From positions 13,392,001-13,456,000 of the forward strand of contig CATNEN010000007.1 in NCBI GenBank assembly GCA_950097015.1: a DNA stretch of 64,000 bases, read 5' to 3'. Below, piece by piece: positions 1 through 13,100 of this stretch; position 1 is the first letter of the stretch, and every line of letters starts with the position of its first letter. A program made the translations under genes and the position numbers. This stretch comes from Macrostomum hystrix (taxonomy: Eukaryota > Animalia > Platyhelminthes). The notes under the pieces are model-generated. The model did no database searches and was not told where the DNA came from. It was given only the letters and a program-made list of their open reading frames with translations.

Positions 1-206
1 TTCTGTCAATTATTTTAGTGGGGCTCTTTCTTTTTTTTGGGAAATACTCCTTTAGATGATGATGCAAATTTATACTTATTTTATATTTCAAATATATGTC
101 TGACAAATTTTAGTAATACACTTTCAATCTCCTACTTTAATTAAAGTTGCAATTTATATCATCACCTTCTTTTTCTTAGTAGCAAATTAATGTTTGTCTG
201 AGTATC

Positions 207-1012
207 AAGGCAAAGGCAGGACAACGTGGGACAATGAAGCAGAGGGGCAAACAAAGAACAAAGCCCTATCAAAGTGTATTTTTTGAGAAATTGAACTGGA
301 TAAAAACAAATATTGCATTTGAAAAAAACGCTGGCACAAAGAAGCAGAAAAAAAGAATGAAAATCATGCATGCAATCAAGACACAAAAAGTTCTCACCAA
401 CCAACAAAATATCCCCAGCCACGCCAACCCCACCCCACACAATCTACCCCCACATTAACAACCACCAACCACCACACCAAAGCCTGCCCCTCACTAACTC
501 TGGTTAGTGCTCACCAAGGTTGCACAAACCATTCTATTAGTGAGGTGAAGGCAAAGGCAGGACAATGTGGGACAGTGAAGCAGAGGGGCAAACAAAGAAC
601 AAAGCACCCAATGCCACACAAACAAGCAAGGGGAAATGGCAAGAGGTGAAAGCACGAGATGGAGAATGGCAAGCAGAAGGGGAGGACAAAAGCAACAGAA
701 CAGTGCAAGCAAATGAACAACAAGCACAACCTCCAAGGGTGAAAATAAGAAGCATCTTATGAAACATGCAAAGCAACAGCACAAGCATAGCTCGAACCAG
801 CAGCAACAAAGCCATGGACAGAGGTCACACCTTGACTGTGTCACTCAGCCAACTGTCAATGCGCTTAATCTCTGAAACTGACAGGCCCAAGTAATGGGCC
901 CACATTGCACCTCCCCTACACAGACTATGTGCAGAAAAAGAGTTTGCCGTGAATCCCATGGCTGCAAGGGAGCACTTCAGGGAGGCATTGAAACTTGAGG
1001 CCTTCAGGGATT
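207..1012 (-). mobile_element. Ngaro-type YR retrotransposon 3' remnant (YR C-terminus plus split direct repeats), CpG-decayed
   Basis: The minus strand from ~1010 to 826 translates to ...LKCSLAAMGFTANSFSAHSLCRGGAMWAHYLGLSVSEIKRIDSWLSDTVKV, a degenerate HSLRRGG...W.SD YR motif. A ~58-bp direct repeat occurs at 207-264 and 548-605, giving a B1-A2-B2 layout. Confidence 0.8.
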
Positions 1013-1177
1013 TATTGGACTACCACATTATGCATATATTAGAATATAAAGAGTGCCTGAATTTCTTGCTTAAAGTATATTTATGATGGACTAAATTCTG
1101 AGTAGATAGCAGAACTGTATCTCTTTTATATTAGTCTGATTGTGTCCACTGTCACAACTTTGTAAAAATGATTTCAG

Positions 1178-4100
1178 ACAAACCAGGCACAGACCCTTAC
1201 CACCCATCAAAAACCCAACCAACTGTTGGAGATGCTCGCTTCCAAGGTTACCCAACACATTTAATGCAAAGACCTCGCATGCCACTAACAGTGCCAGGAT
1301 CAAAGACCTCGAGACAAGAAGAATGTAAACAAGTTATTGCATTTTCAAAATATTGTAATTTACTAAATCATTGATTATTCAGTATTGCTTTTTCTTACTT
1401 CTCAACCTGTATAGCTAATTTCTATTCGTTTGTGTGGTTCTCCTTTGCTAAGCACAAGCTACCAATAGAGCACAGAAAATAACGAGTGTTTCTGAATAAT
1501 GAAAGCTTGTTAATTTTTTGTTGATTTGCAATCTTGTTGTGTTTAACATATTTAATTCTGACTTAAACTAAGCCAAAACCGAATATAGTATATTCTCTAC
1601 TATGTAAGTCTTGATTTTGAAATTGCAATTAAGTAGGCACTGAAAGCTGCTAAAAATTGCAACTTGTTTTCTTTGAAATTCTATGACTTCCAATGACTTT
1701 TTCAATTAGAGAAAATAAAGAACTATTTAAATAGCGAAACACTTGCACAAGAACAACATTGTTCTCAATGAGTTTTGCTAAATTGCCATTAAAAATTCAC
1801 TTGCAAACCAGAAAGGTTAAAACGCCATAAATATTTTAGCCCACTGGAAAGAGCAGAGAAAGGAGGAGTCCTTGCTGGGCCAGATGCTAAATCCCCCCAT
1901 CGGCTCAGAGGAACTTGCCAGGACTGATGACAGTCGGTGAGCAAGATTTTATTGTTGCAGCAACTTCCGCTAGCCCGATTGTTGCACCAGTTGTAATTGC
2001 ATTTTTTAGATATGCCAATCATAGAAACGTTAACTGACTATGCTTTCCAGAACAATGCAGAATGTGTCATCACTAAAGCGCGGAAAGGGCGTGAATCCTT
2101 ATCTGAGGTTTGCCTATTGCATGGGCTTAATCAGAGCTGGTGCAGGAGCTTGTCATATATTGACTGGATCAGAACTAGTGCATGAGTTTAAAACCACCTC
2201 GTAAAACCTGCTTCTGATTGCAGCGAGACCGAAGAGGAGAAAATCCTACGACAGCAAATGGAGGCAGAGGCGGACATTCAACGCTATAAGCAAGAAAAGC
2301 AGAGGCAAATGCTGGAGAAGCAATTGGAGAAGCGACAGGTTAGTTGCGAAGATTTTTTATTGCATTTTTGTATACTTATGATAGCAGTTGTTGTGTTTGA
2401 ATTATCTCAGGACATGCACATGCTAACAAACTACAACCCTTGGGGAAGACCTGGCCATGGAGCTCCAAGGGGCATAGACTCCGACGTCTTAAAGAAGCAG
2501 AAGTTCCTGGAGCAGGACGTAACACAGAACCAGCCGGAAGAGCAGGGGGTAAGTAAGCTAAAGTACTGTCAACGATTTTCTTACTTTCAGTATTTTGATG
2601 AATTGACAATTTGAACGTTTTTCCATACATGCCAAAAAGTCTGATTTTGGTCCGGGTGTGCCCGTGCCCGTAATCGTGTTTAGTCGCCGGACCCTTGGCC
2701 GCGCGCACGCGCTCTCTCCCCTCTCTGCTCCTTTTGGGGCTAGGCATTGCGTGCCATGGGTTTTTTAGCAATACTCTCGCCACCCGTGTTAGTGCGCATT
2801 AGCCCAAAAAAACTTGCTCAGCCTAGCCATACGCCTTATCATGCTACGTCAAAGCCAGCTGAAAGCCAAACAGCTCAGGGCCGAGCTAATCAGGCGCGGT
2901 CTATCGACTGCCGGCAACAAGGCCGCCCTCCAAGAGCGACTGCAACACGCCGAACAGCAAGCGGCCACGTACATACAGTCAAGCTCGGACAGTCCATTTG
3001 GCTTCGTTTACACCGTCAACGGCGAGCGCACAGCCACTAGGCCGGGAACCGACCACCGACCGAGATGGACCTGGACGGTGAGATTCATCTGGCACAAAAG
3101 CGGCTCCAGCTGCTTGAGCTGCAAACAAGGGATCGCGAGCTCCGTGGCCGCGCCGATACAGCACCGCCGATACAGCAGGCGACCGCAGTGAAGTAGCCAG
3201 ACTCAAGCCGTCGGGGCAACCGTGCTTCCTTGTCAAAGACTTCGTCGATGAGTCGATGATCTGTCAGGGCAGCCGAATGAGTTGCTGACCAGAGGTAGCT
3301 CCGGCGGCCTGGCGCTCAGAAAGTCAACCACCAAGCTAAACGGCATGGCAGCTGGACAATGGCTTGCCGGCAGCATGAGATTATAATGCTCCAGATGCTT
3401 GAGGAGACCACGCCGCAACTAAGCAACAAGGGCCAAAGCTACAGCAACATATAGCAAGTCAAAGATTTTGCCCAGTACAACATCCAAATCGTCGAGCTCT
3501 TCGACAGATTTCCGGCTAATCGGATGATCGGATTTGACCACGACTACCAGCAGCACCACGCGGCGACTAGCAAAGGTCGAGTCGTCGGCCCCAGAACGTC
3601 CGGGCAGAGAGTTGTCTGTTCTACAACTGCACTGCTGGATGTACGAGCTTGACACCATTTCGAAGGACAGCTCCGGCATCTGGCACATTCACGACTGCTC
3701 CGTCCCTCGTGGCCGCAGCCTCACTGACCATTACGACCAGCAGTGCAAGCCCTGCTTCACCTCCGTTGAAGAGGCCGTGTGCAACCAGTCTGGTTTCATG
3801 GCAAAATTCGATATCGTATCAGCGTACCGCAGCGTGCCAATTTCGCCGTAATTCTACCAGGCCACTGGCATTCAGTAGGACTTCGACTACGGCCGCCCAA
3901 CATGCCTTGTGGACACGCGCCTACCCTTCGGGAGTCGGGCCTTCGTGAGCATCTTTCACTGCCTCACCCAGGCCGTCCGCCGCATGATGTGCCGCAAAGA
4001 ATTTTTCGCCATCATTGTCTTCTTTGATAAATTCCTGATCACAGCGAAACCGGAAGTTCATTGTGACCATTGTGACCATTGTGATAAAACTGCTCAATAT

Positions 4101-7100
4101 TTATCTGTTTTTTAATGGCATAGCTCGTGTTAAGTTTTTTCGAAACGCAGCAGTCGTTTTTACGGCGATTTTCAAGTTAGCTTGCAAATAATCATATAGC
4201 CGCGAGCTTTTTATTGCTTTCCGTCCAATGCTCCTAAAAAGACTTCCATGCCTCTTCTAATTAAATGAAAGTTTTTTATAAATGTTCCATTACTTCATGC
4301 ACAGGACTTGCATACTAAGCACTTTCATTTTAATATGTTCCTAAATTCGCGTTTTTTAGAAATGTGATTGGTTTATTTGTTTCCTCTGTATATTGTGATA
4401 TTCTGCCGATACCTTGGAGACAGAGAATGAGTCCAAAGTTTTCTATGACGTTCACAACTCGATGATAGAAAAACAAAATATTAATGTATGTATTGTAGGC
4501 AGCGAAGCTGGGGCGGGTTGTTGAGCAAAATTTCTATGACTTCACCCACTTCACCAACAGTTACAAACATGTGTCAGATGACATATTAGTTCTTTACGAG
4601 CGTATATTAAACTACTTAAAACTCTCTCAGCTTTCCTTCAGTCGGCCGGGACACGGCGCTCCAATCAGAACGGAAAGCGGCGAGCTTCTGACTCAGGTGC
4701 CAGGCGATCCTTTGATTCGTTTTCAGGAAGTTAAGAAGGGCCGCGACCCTATTGATCCGATTCGCTATAGGAATCCCAAAGGTCAGGAATACGCGAGAGA
4801 GCTGGGTAAGTGTTAACTTACCATTTTGCTTACCATTACATAATAGTTAAAGCATCTTTCTACCATTACTAACAGAGTATCCATTCGCATTTATCATATG
4901 AATAATGTTCTGGCACTTTTCCTAGATCATCATATGCAACAGCAGGTGATGCTACGTGAGGTGGAGAGGCAGCATGATCTAAAGGAAGAGTTGCAAGCAG
5001 TAAGGCTTCAATATACCATTTTTTCATCACTTTCTCTTCCCTACCCCGTCAGCTAGTGTGCCCCTCCCAAATTATATTCATCGATGGTCCCAGCTTACCC
5101 CTGTTTACTGTATGTACATTTCACCTGGCACCGTGCGCCTTTTCTATCTCTCTTTCCTCGGTTCATATCAGCAATTGATAATAAGTACACATGATTGTGG
5201 TCCGGACCGCAATCCGCAACCGCCCGGCCTCTTACCACGCGAAATTCAACCTCTATTACTCGATCACCCACCATTACAGCTGCAATACCATCCTTTCGGA
5301 AAGCCTGGTGCCGGGATTAGGGTTAGGAAATTAGTAAATGAATTACCACGCGAAATTCAACCTCTATCACTCGATCACCCACCATTACAGCTGCAATACC
5401 ATCCTTTCGGAAAGCCTGGTGCCGGGATTAGGGTTAGGAAATTAGTAAATGAATTACCACGCGAAATTCAACCTCTATCACTCGATCACCCACCATTACA
5501 GCTGCAATATCATCCTTTCGGAAAGCCTGGTGCCGGGGCACCAAATCGAATGCTTCAGGTTCAGAAGACGATTGGTCGTGTAAGCCATTTCCTGAAAGCG
5601 TTTCAAGGACCCATTATTATTGATAATTCTTAACTCAAGGAATCTTTTTGTCAGCTTAATCTGAGCAAACCATTTGACATCTAACACTGTGCACTGTCCT
5701 CGCACCGCAGTTCGAACCGCCGAACCTAGCGAACCCGTTCGGCTCATACGACCCCTGGGGCAAGGGATACGGCACCCCAGTGAGGGATGCAGAAGGCAAT
5801 GTGCACCGCTACCCGTTCCACGACAAACGGGATGGCAGTGTGCTGTATCCACTAGACTCTGAGACATATCGGGTGGCCGCCCAGCAGCAACCGCATTCTC
5901 AGTCACAAGCTGAGCCGGAGAACCCTTACGCATCGCCAAGATTAACATTCGATGGTGCCACGTTCCGCGGACCACAAGGTGAACATATTCCACCTTCACA
6001 TCGTTACTACGGAGGTTCGAGCGATCCGTACTTCCCATTTGGCAAACCTGGCTCTGGAGCGCCCATTGTGGACAGCAAAGGCAACCTCGTGCCCTCCGTC
6101 TTCGGGGCCATTGAGCATGAGGAGCATCTTACTGACAAGCAACGCAAGGCTCTGGCGGCCAGGATTTACTCACAGGAGCTGCGTGAGTGACCCTGTACCT
6201 CTATGCCACTTTCAATTTTGTTATAATGTTTTACCGATTTTATGTCATTAAGATTGTTTACAAGCGATACATGAGGCCCAAGTTCACTACAGGTTTACAC
6301 CACATTCACAGGAAGACTATTCGTTTGTGTTTTTTGCTTAGCCCAAAGCGTTTTGTGGTCCACGGAACAAAGTAACCCAAGATGACTATGAATACGACCA
6401 ATTTTCAAGGGACCTATGGCGTTGCATTGTGTGTATATATTTAACAGCCACATTATTAGTCAGACCGTCTGCCACTAAACAGTGGTATCAGATACATGGG
6501 CTAACAAAGTATAAATACGAGTATATGTAGAAAAGAGGGGCCCATGATTCGACGTAGCATTAGTTTTTTACGCTTATATTTCTTTATTTCTCTGCGTGAA
6601 CCGGACTGCGACTATTGTATACAATTTTTTAAAATAATGCTTATATTTTAAAGAATAAATGTTTCAGATATCCAAAAATACAAATATATCTCCAGAACAA
6701 CGCTGATAGATATCCAGAAAATCAATAACATTTATCTAGTAAGACTATATTACATAATTTATATATCATTAAGAAAAACTAAAATATATAAACACCACAA
6801 AAAAAACTTTTACGCATCGCGAGATAGACTAGCTGGGCACGGTTTACCCCCAGATTCGCCAAATCCCGCTTTGCCGATTCCCAGCTCGCCGAATCCCGAT
6901 TCGCCGATTCCTGGTTCGCCGATTCCCAGCTCGCCAAATCCCGATTCGTCGATTCCTGGTTCGCCGATTCCTGGTTCGCCGAAATTCCTGAGTCGCCGAT
7001 TCCCAATTTGCCTAAATTCCTGATTCGCTGAATTTCCTGATTTGCCGAATCCCGATTCGCCGATTCCTGATTCGCCGAAATTCCTGATTAGCCGCAATTC

Positions 7101-10100
7101 CCGATTCTCCGATTCCTGATTCACCGAATTTCCTGATTTGCCGAAATTCCTGATTCACCGAATTTCCTGATTTGCCGAAATTCCTGATTTGCCGAAATTC
7201 CTGATTAGCCGAAATCACTAGAAAAACACTAAAAAGAGGACACTGGAAAAACAAACATCGATATCTAGAAAAGCAATTATAGATATCCCTAAATATATAT
7301 AATATATATATATAGTATAAAATAAATATATATATAATACGTTATTACATATTCAGAACACTAAGTATTCAAAGGAGGGCCAGACTAGTCAAACAAGAGA
7401 CAAGTGTCATCATAACTTGCATTGAAAACTCAATCACTACGAGCTTGAACCATAGGTATTAAAACATGTTTTAATATCTGTGGCTTGAACATTGGCATCT
7501 TGTGATGCTTTCATTAGCTACCCAGGTGCAGCTTTGGTCTTAGACTCGGGGCCAAAAATCGGAATTCAGAGTCATTAGCTAATGGGGCTTGGCAAAAATA
7601 TTGCATGTGTAAGAGTAACGAAATGAATCCCTAGACACCCATCGCACATAATGTCTTCTGATAAAACCCCATGGTGGTTTTGCTTAAAAACGCGCATACT
7701 ATCCTTGTCAGAGCAAGAGATGATCGAGCAGAGCTTAAGTCGGCGTCTCGAGAAGCAGCAGCGTAGGGCACCGGTAAGTTTTAATGGAGTTTTCTGAAAC
7801 ACGTAGGTGTGTATAATTACGGCGTATATTGTGAATTCCGATTAATTTCTTTTAAGTTCACAAAACTTGCCAGAAAGCACTTCTAGGCCGTAGAAATTTT
7901 TGATGTCACCATATGGCAAGTGTTGTACAGAAAAATTAGTTAAAATGAAATTAATTGTAATATTTATGTAAAATATTTTATTATACAATCATATTATGAG
8001 ATTGATTATAATTGATGACAAGATTAATGAGCTCATTGATTTAAGCTATGATAAAATTTATAATTTCCGTTTAGGTGGACGATTTTCTTACGGAACAGCT
8101 GGCCCGTGGCGCAGTTGGCAAGCCGGTAAGGGACCCCCACACTGGTTATCTGCTGGACCAACACCTACCTTCGTCTGACGTCACCCACATCAACTACAAG
8201 ACTCCAAGACACAAGTTTCAGTCCGTCACTGGTTATCAGGTATTTAATGTGTTGTTTACAACAAATACTGTCTGCTTTTTTCTTCATCTTTCCCAAAATT
8301 GTAACAAATAGCGATCTTCATATCAGCGGTGACATATTATAATCTAATGTAGATCATAACGTGTATCTCAACTCAAAATGCAGAGGCAGCTTGAGATTAA
8401 TGCCAGATGAGGTAGTGGAAATGTATATGAAATTCGAGAGTAGAAAAAAGATTAAGTTTATTGAATGCTTCTCTATTTACGATTTTAGCACCTACCTGCT
8501 TTTGTGAATGATGCCGACACCTACGGAATGGACTTGCAGCGAGCAGCAGACGAGCGAGCGGCATTGAGGCAACTTGAGCGGCTGCAGGATGTCCAGGAGG
8601 CGAACCGGCACGCCTATACCGTTGAGCGTATGTTCGGCCGGCCAGGAGGCGGGGCTCCATACCAGCCAACGATCAGAAAGACAAACCTACAAGAGGTGCT
8701 GCACCACCCCGATGCTCAGGTGAGCGCCAGTTGTAAATCAGTACCTTGTCTTAATGCTAATAACTCAATGTAGAGTCTCTGCACTCAAGAGCAACTTTTG
8801 AATTCCGTTATTTCAGGGGGAGTTCGATTCCACATATTTGATTAGGCTGCACCCAGATTTGTTTTGCTGCTAGCATATATAATTTACTATTAGTTGCTTC
8901 TACATCATAAATAAAAGAGAAAAATGCCGGCAGTCAGATGCTGATCATTATCTCGTGACTGCGTTTTTTGCATTGTAATGATTGCTTACTACGCTCGTAT
9001 TACTAGTAAGCTAGTATTACTAGTATTACTAGTGTATTTACAGAAACTTCTCAGATTTTTATGGAAGCTTATGCTACGAGCGAATTATAGCCTAATATAC
9101 GAGTACTTAAATGTACTGCTTTGTTCTAACGCAAACATTATAGTTTAGTTTAAGACACTCAAATATGCCATCTATTCTAAAAGAACGGACACGATCCTTT
9201 GATTTTGAAGCATTGCTCTATACGAGCGTATTAAAGAACATAGTGAAGCTTTACGTAAAAATACTGGGGGCATAAAATGAATAACGGTCAGTCGGTACCA
9301 ACCGCAAATAATGTATAGTTGATGCTCATAGCTAGCTTATGTGTATATCTTAAAAGTTTTATCGTCCTTCAAAATGATATATAACTCATTAGTAGCTACG
9401 AAACGTTAAGAAGTAGATTGGTTTGTATTTTTGGGCTGCTAGATTTTCAAATTACCAAGTGAAAATCAGATTTTTCAATCATATACGCTGGTAATGTGGC
9501 AGCAGTAAAATAAATTGTTAATAAATATGATTATGAAGTTTAAAAATTTCACTTCACTCCAATCTGACTGAGCTGTAAATTTATTTTCTACCTTCAGAAA
9601 AATGAGTACCACAAGACGGTGAATCACACGCTTCCCATGCCCAATACCGTGTACGTGCGCAACAACGTTAACAGTACGCATGAGAATCGCTACGAGACAT
9701 CAGCAGCCCACGTCAATCCGGATACGGTGAGTACCCCAAAGATTGCCCACAAACTATTAGTGTCAACATGATGCTTGGTAGCGCACAGGACCGCTTTGCA
9801 AAACGTCGTTGCTCCTTCATTTCGGATGCTCACGTAGCACTTTTTGGCCAGGTAGTTCTTTTGCGGGAGATTACCTATTTTGGTTGTAAAAGCTGCTCAA
9901 TCCGCTTACTTTAAGTTGATGTAAATCTTCTTCTGAGAATAAAAGCTTTTCGAGAAGCTTCTTTAGGAAATTTCGCTAGTGGTTTGCAGCCTGACAATAA
10001 TTGGCAGGCGGTCTCGCCCAAGAGGGCTGTTTGGATATTGATGCTCGCTTGGTGATGTCGGAGCGTGTGGCCTGTCCGCTGCAAGCCAGCCAAGTAGATC

Positions 10101-13100
10101 AGTATTCGCTCAGATCGGCGAGAACTCACTACAGTAAACTATGCTGTGTGGTTGCAGCAGCATCACATTTAGTTAGGTCTTTTGCAGTCAAGTCCCCACG
10201 GCTATTCGAAACTAATAAACGCCAGAGCGTGCTGTTAGGATCGAAATATCTGAAAAAATGGTACGATCCAGGGGTCTGTGAGGTTAGAGGATTGATGATA
10301 TGAGAATTAAAGTTATTATATCACAAACTTGAGACAGTTTAGCAAAGAACGAAAATCGTGGAGTTGTAGCTATTTCTTCCGTCGATCGATGATGACGATC
10401 AGTTTTTCTGCTGGGTAATTAGAGAAAGTAATTAATTAATTAAGTTTTCTAATGGTAAACGAAGCTATAGAAACTGATGCCGAGGCAGAGAGCATGATTT
10501 CCTTCCTTTCCTTCTTTTTCCCTATTCTTGACAGAAATTTTAATATCGGGCTTGTCCAGAAAGTTTGTTGACTTTTCCAGCTTCCCAGGAGGCCATTTCC
10601 GTTTCAACTGCCTACGACAACTACTTTTTGAAGAACGATTCAACTACCGCATTTGCGTTCCATGTTTAATTTGTTTGAGTTTCATGTCCGGGTTTACCAA
10701 TTTGAAATAAACCAAATTGATCGCTAAAAAACCAAACTGCCCGTCGATTTCAGTCATTAGTCTATAGTGATGATTTGAATTCTACTGGGCCCTTTGCAAC
10801 ACACCAAATTGGATGCAGTTAAAACCAAATAGGACGCTAAATGGTATGGTAGTTAGCGCCAATTTAAATAGTCTTTGAAAACTGCTAGAATGTCATTTCG
10901 CTACGAGTTATCAACAGTGCGGACTTAGTGACCTAGCCCTGCTTCGGGCTTTGCAGGTTCCGCAAATAATACATGTCAGACTATGTAGGCCACACGGTCT
11001 CTAGAATCAGACCTAGCGGTGGAGTCAAACTCGAGACGGTCTGGTGTCGGTTGCTCGGACTCCAATACTCGTACTTGCCCCACTTGCCGAATCGCTCGGT
11101 CACCCTTCCAGACCGGCTTTCCACGCTGGGCCATTCGCCTCAACGCGAACGCTTATTCTGCGGCGGATTGCACTGCAGCACTGCCGTCAGCGTACTTGGC
11201 TCCTCCACGCTTGCCGCCAAGCGCTGTGATAAAAATGCACTAGTAATGCGCTTGTTTCTCGGAGACTCTTGTATTCGTAAAGCCGCTGTGCGTCTCGGTG
11301 TTTTTGAGGGAACATAGTAGCGATTTAGTGGCCAATTGGGCTGAAAGCAGAGCAGAAGGCGTTTTAAGTACACTTAGCACATCGGCAGGAGGAAGAAAGA
11401 CCGGACTTAGCGATTGTCTCGCACGAAAAACCCTTCTGCTCTAGATAGGGCAACGAAAGGTAAGTTAAAAAAAGATAAGCTTAATTGTTAGTCGAGACAA
11501 GCCAAGGCGAGAGTTTGCGATATGAAGAAAACCACTTGGTTTTCAGCGAAACCAATGAAAACCTATAACAGGCAGCTCCGCCGCGGTGAAACAGCCGCCA
11601 GAGCCATCAGTCTCAAGAAGGCACTCCAGGATGCCGAGCTGCTTCATCACATGGCCGTCATAAGCCAGCATCCGTGACTTCACTGACTTTAGTGGCGGCC
11701 TTCCAAGATCGTCCCAGATCCTTTTCGAGATTAACGAGCACGAGGCGCCGCTGTCCTTCTCCATCTTCACCTGCTTGCTGTTGATTCGCACCATGCAGAA
11801 GGCGGCCGGGCTGCCCTCGCCGCAGTAGAACACCGGATCGGGTCACTACTGAGACGGCACCCTTGGCTTGGCTTGGTGTGGCGAAGTGAGTCCTGGCGCT
11901 CCGACAGACCTTGGCGAAGTGGTCGTGTTTCCCGCACTGCTTGCAGGTGGCCTTCAGGGCCCAGCAGTCAGTTGGCCGGCGATGTGACATTCGGCCGCAG
12001 CGCTGGCAGCTTTGAGCCTCATTCGGCTGCCTCTGCTTCCACTTCTAAACAGCATTCACGCTATCCACTTCTAGCTCCTTTGCTGGCATCTCAGGTGTCA
12101 AGCTATCCATTTGGTGCACCGTGGAGTCCAGCGCAGCTGAGGCCCCTGACGAGAAAGTGCTCACCATCTGAAGCTGCTGAACATAGTCGGTGATCTGGTC
12201 GACTGATAACGCAGCCGCGACCTCGCGCTCGAGAACCTTGCTCCTGACCTCCTGATTGTTGAGGCCGGCGATGAGTCGCATCTTGACCAGCTGCTCTGCT
12301 GGATCAACGTCCTTGTCCTTCAGCTTTTCAAACTCGCACGCCACCGTCTGTTCTCGAAGACGGGCGGCAAATCCGGCTCTGGTCTCGCCCTCGCCCTGGC
12401 GCAGGGACATGAAGGCCGCTCTCTCTGCGATCAGCAGCCTTTTCTGCGGTTCCAGAAACTTTACGAGACTTGACTTGATGTCGTTCCACTTCATCTTTGA
12501 AAGCTGACTAGGTGCAACCAGCTGCTTCACCTTGATGAGCTGGGCTACTCCGAGGCAGCCCAGGAAAGCGTCAGTCTGTGCCAGGTTGCCATCGGTGTCC
12601 TGAATTCCTTTTAATCGCGCCTGTGCGTCAAAAACTTCAACCCATGCTCGCAGCTCATCTATGCTGCCGAGAGGCAATGGGTCCCGCAGCTTGATTGACA
12701 TCCGATGATCCTGCTTGCGACGCCAAAATGTTAGTCGAAACAAGCCAAGGCGAGAGTTTGCGATATGACGAAAACCACTTGAGAAAAGCCAGGCGAAAGC
12801 GATGCGAGAGTCAATATATTGTGGCTCAATAACACTGGAGTTGAGCAGCCCCAACCCCAGGACTAAAACCAGCCATGTACATGCAAGATAAGATAAGCAA
12901 TATAACGATAGCACGCGCACAGCAGGACTGAGAGCGATAACACGTACATAACCAGAAAATCATAACGCAACGTACAGTGAAGCCCGCCAAGCCCAGAGTC
13001 ACGCAGAGCGAACAGTCTAACATTAATAAATAAAAAAGACAATTTTTTTTGTTTTGGGAAGGGCTACAAACACTGGAAACTGCAAAAACGAAACCGCAAA

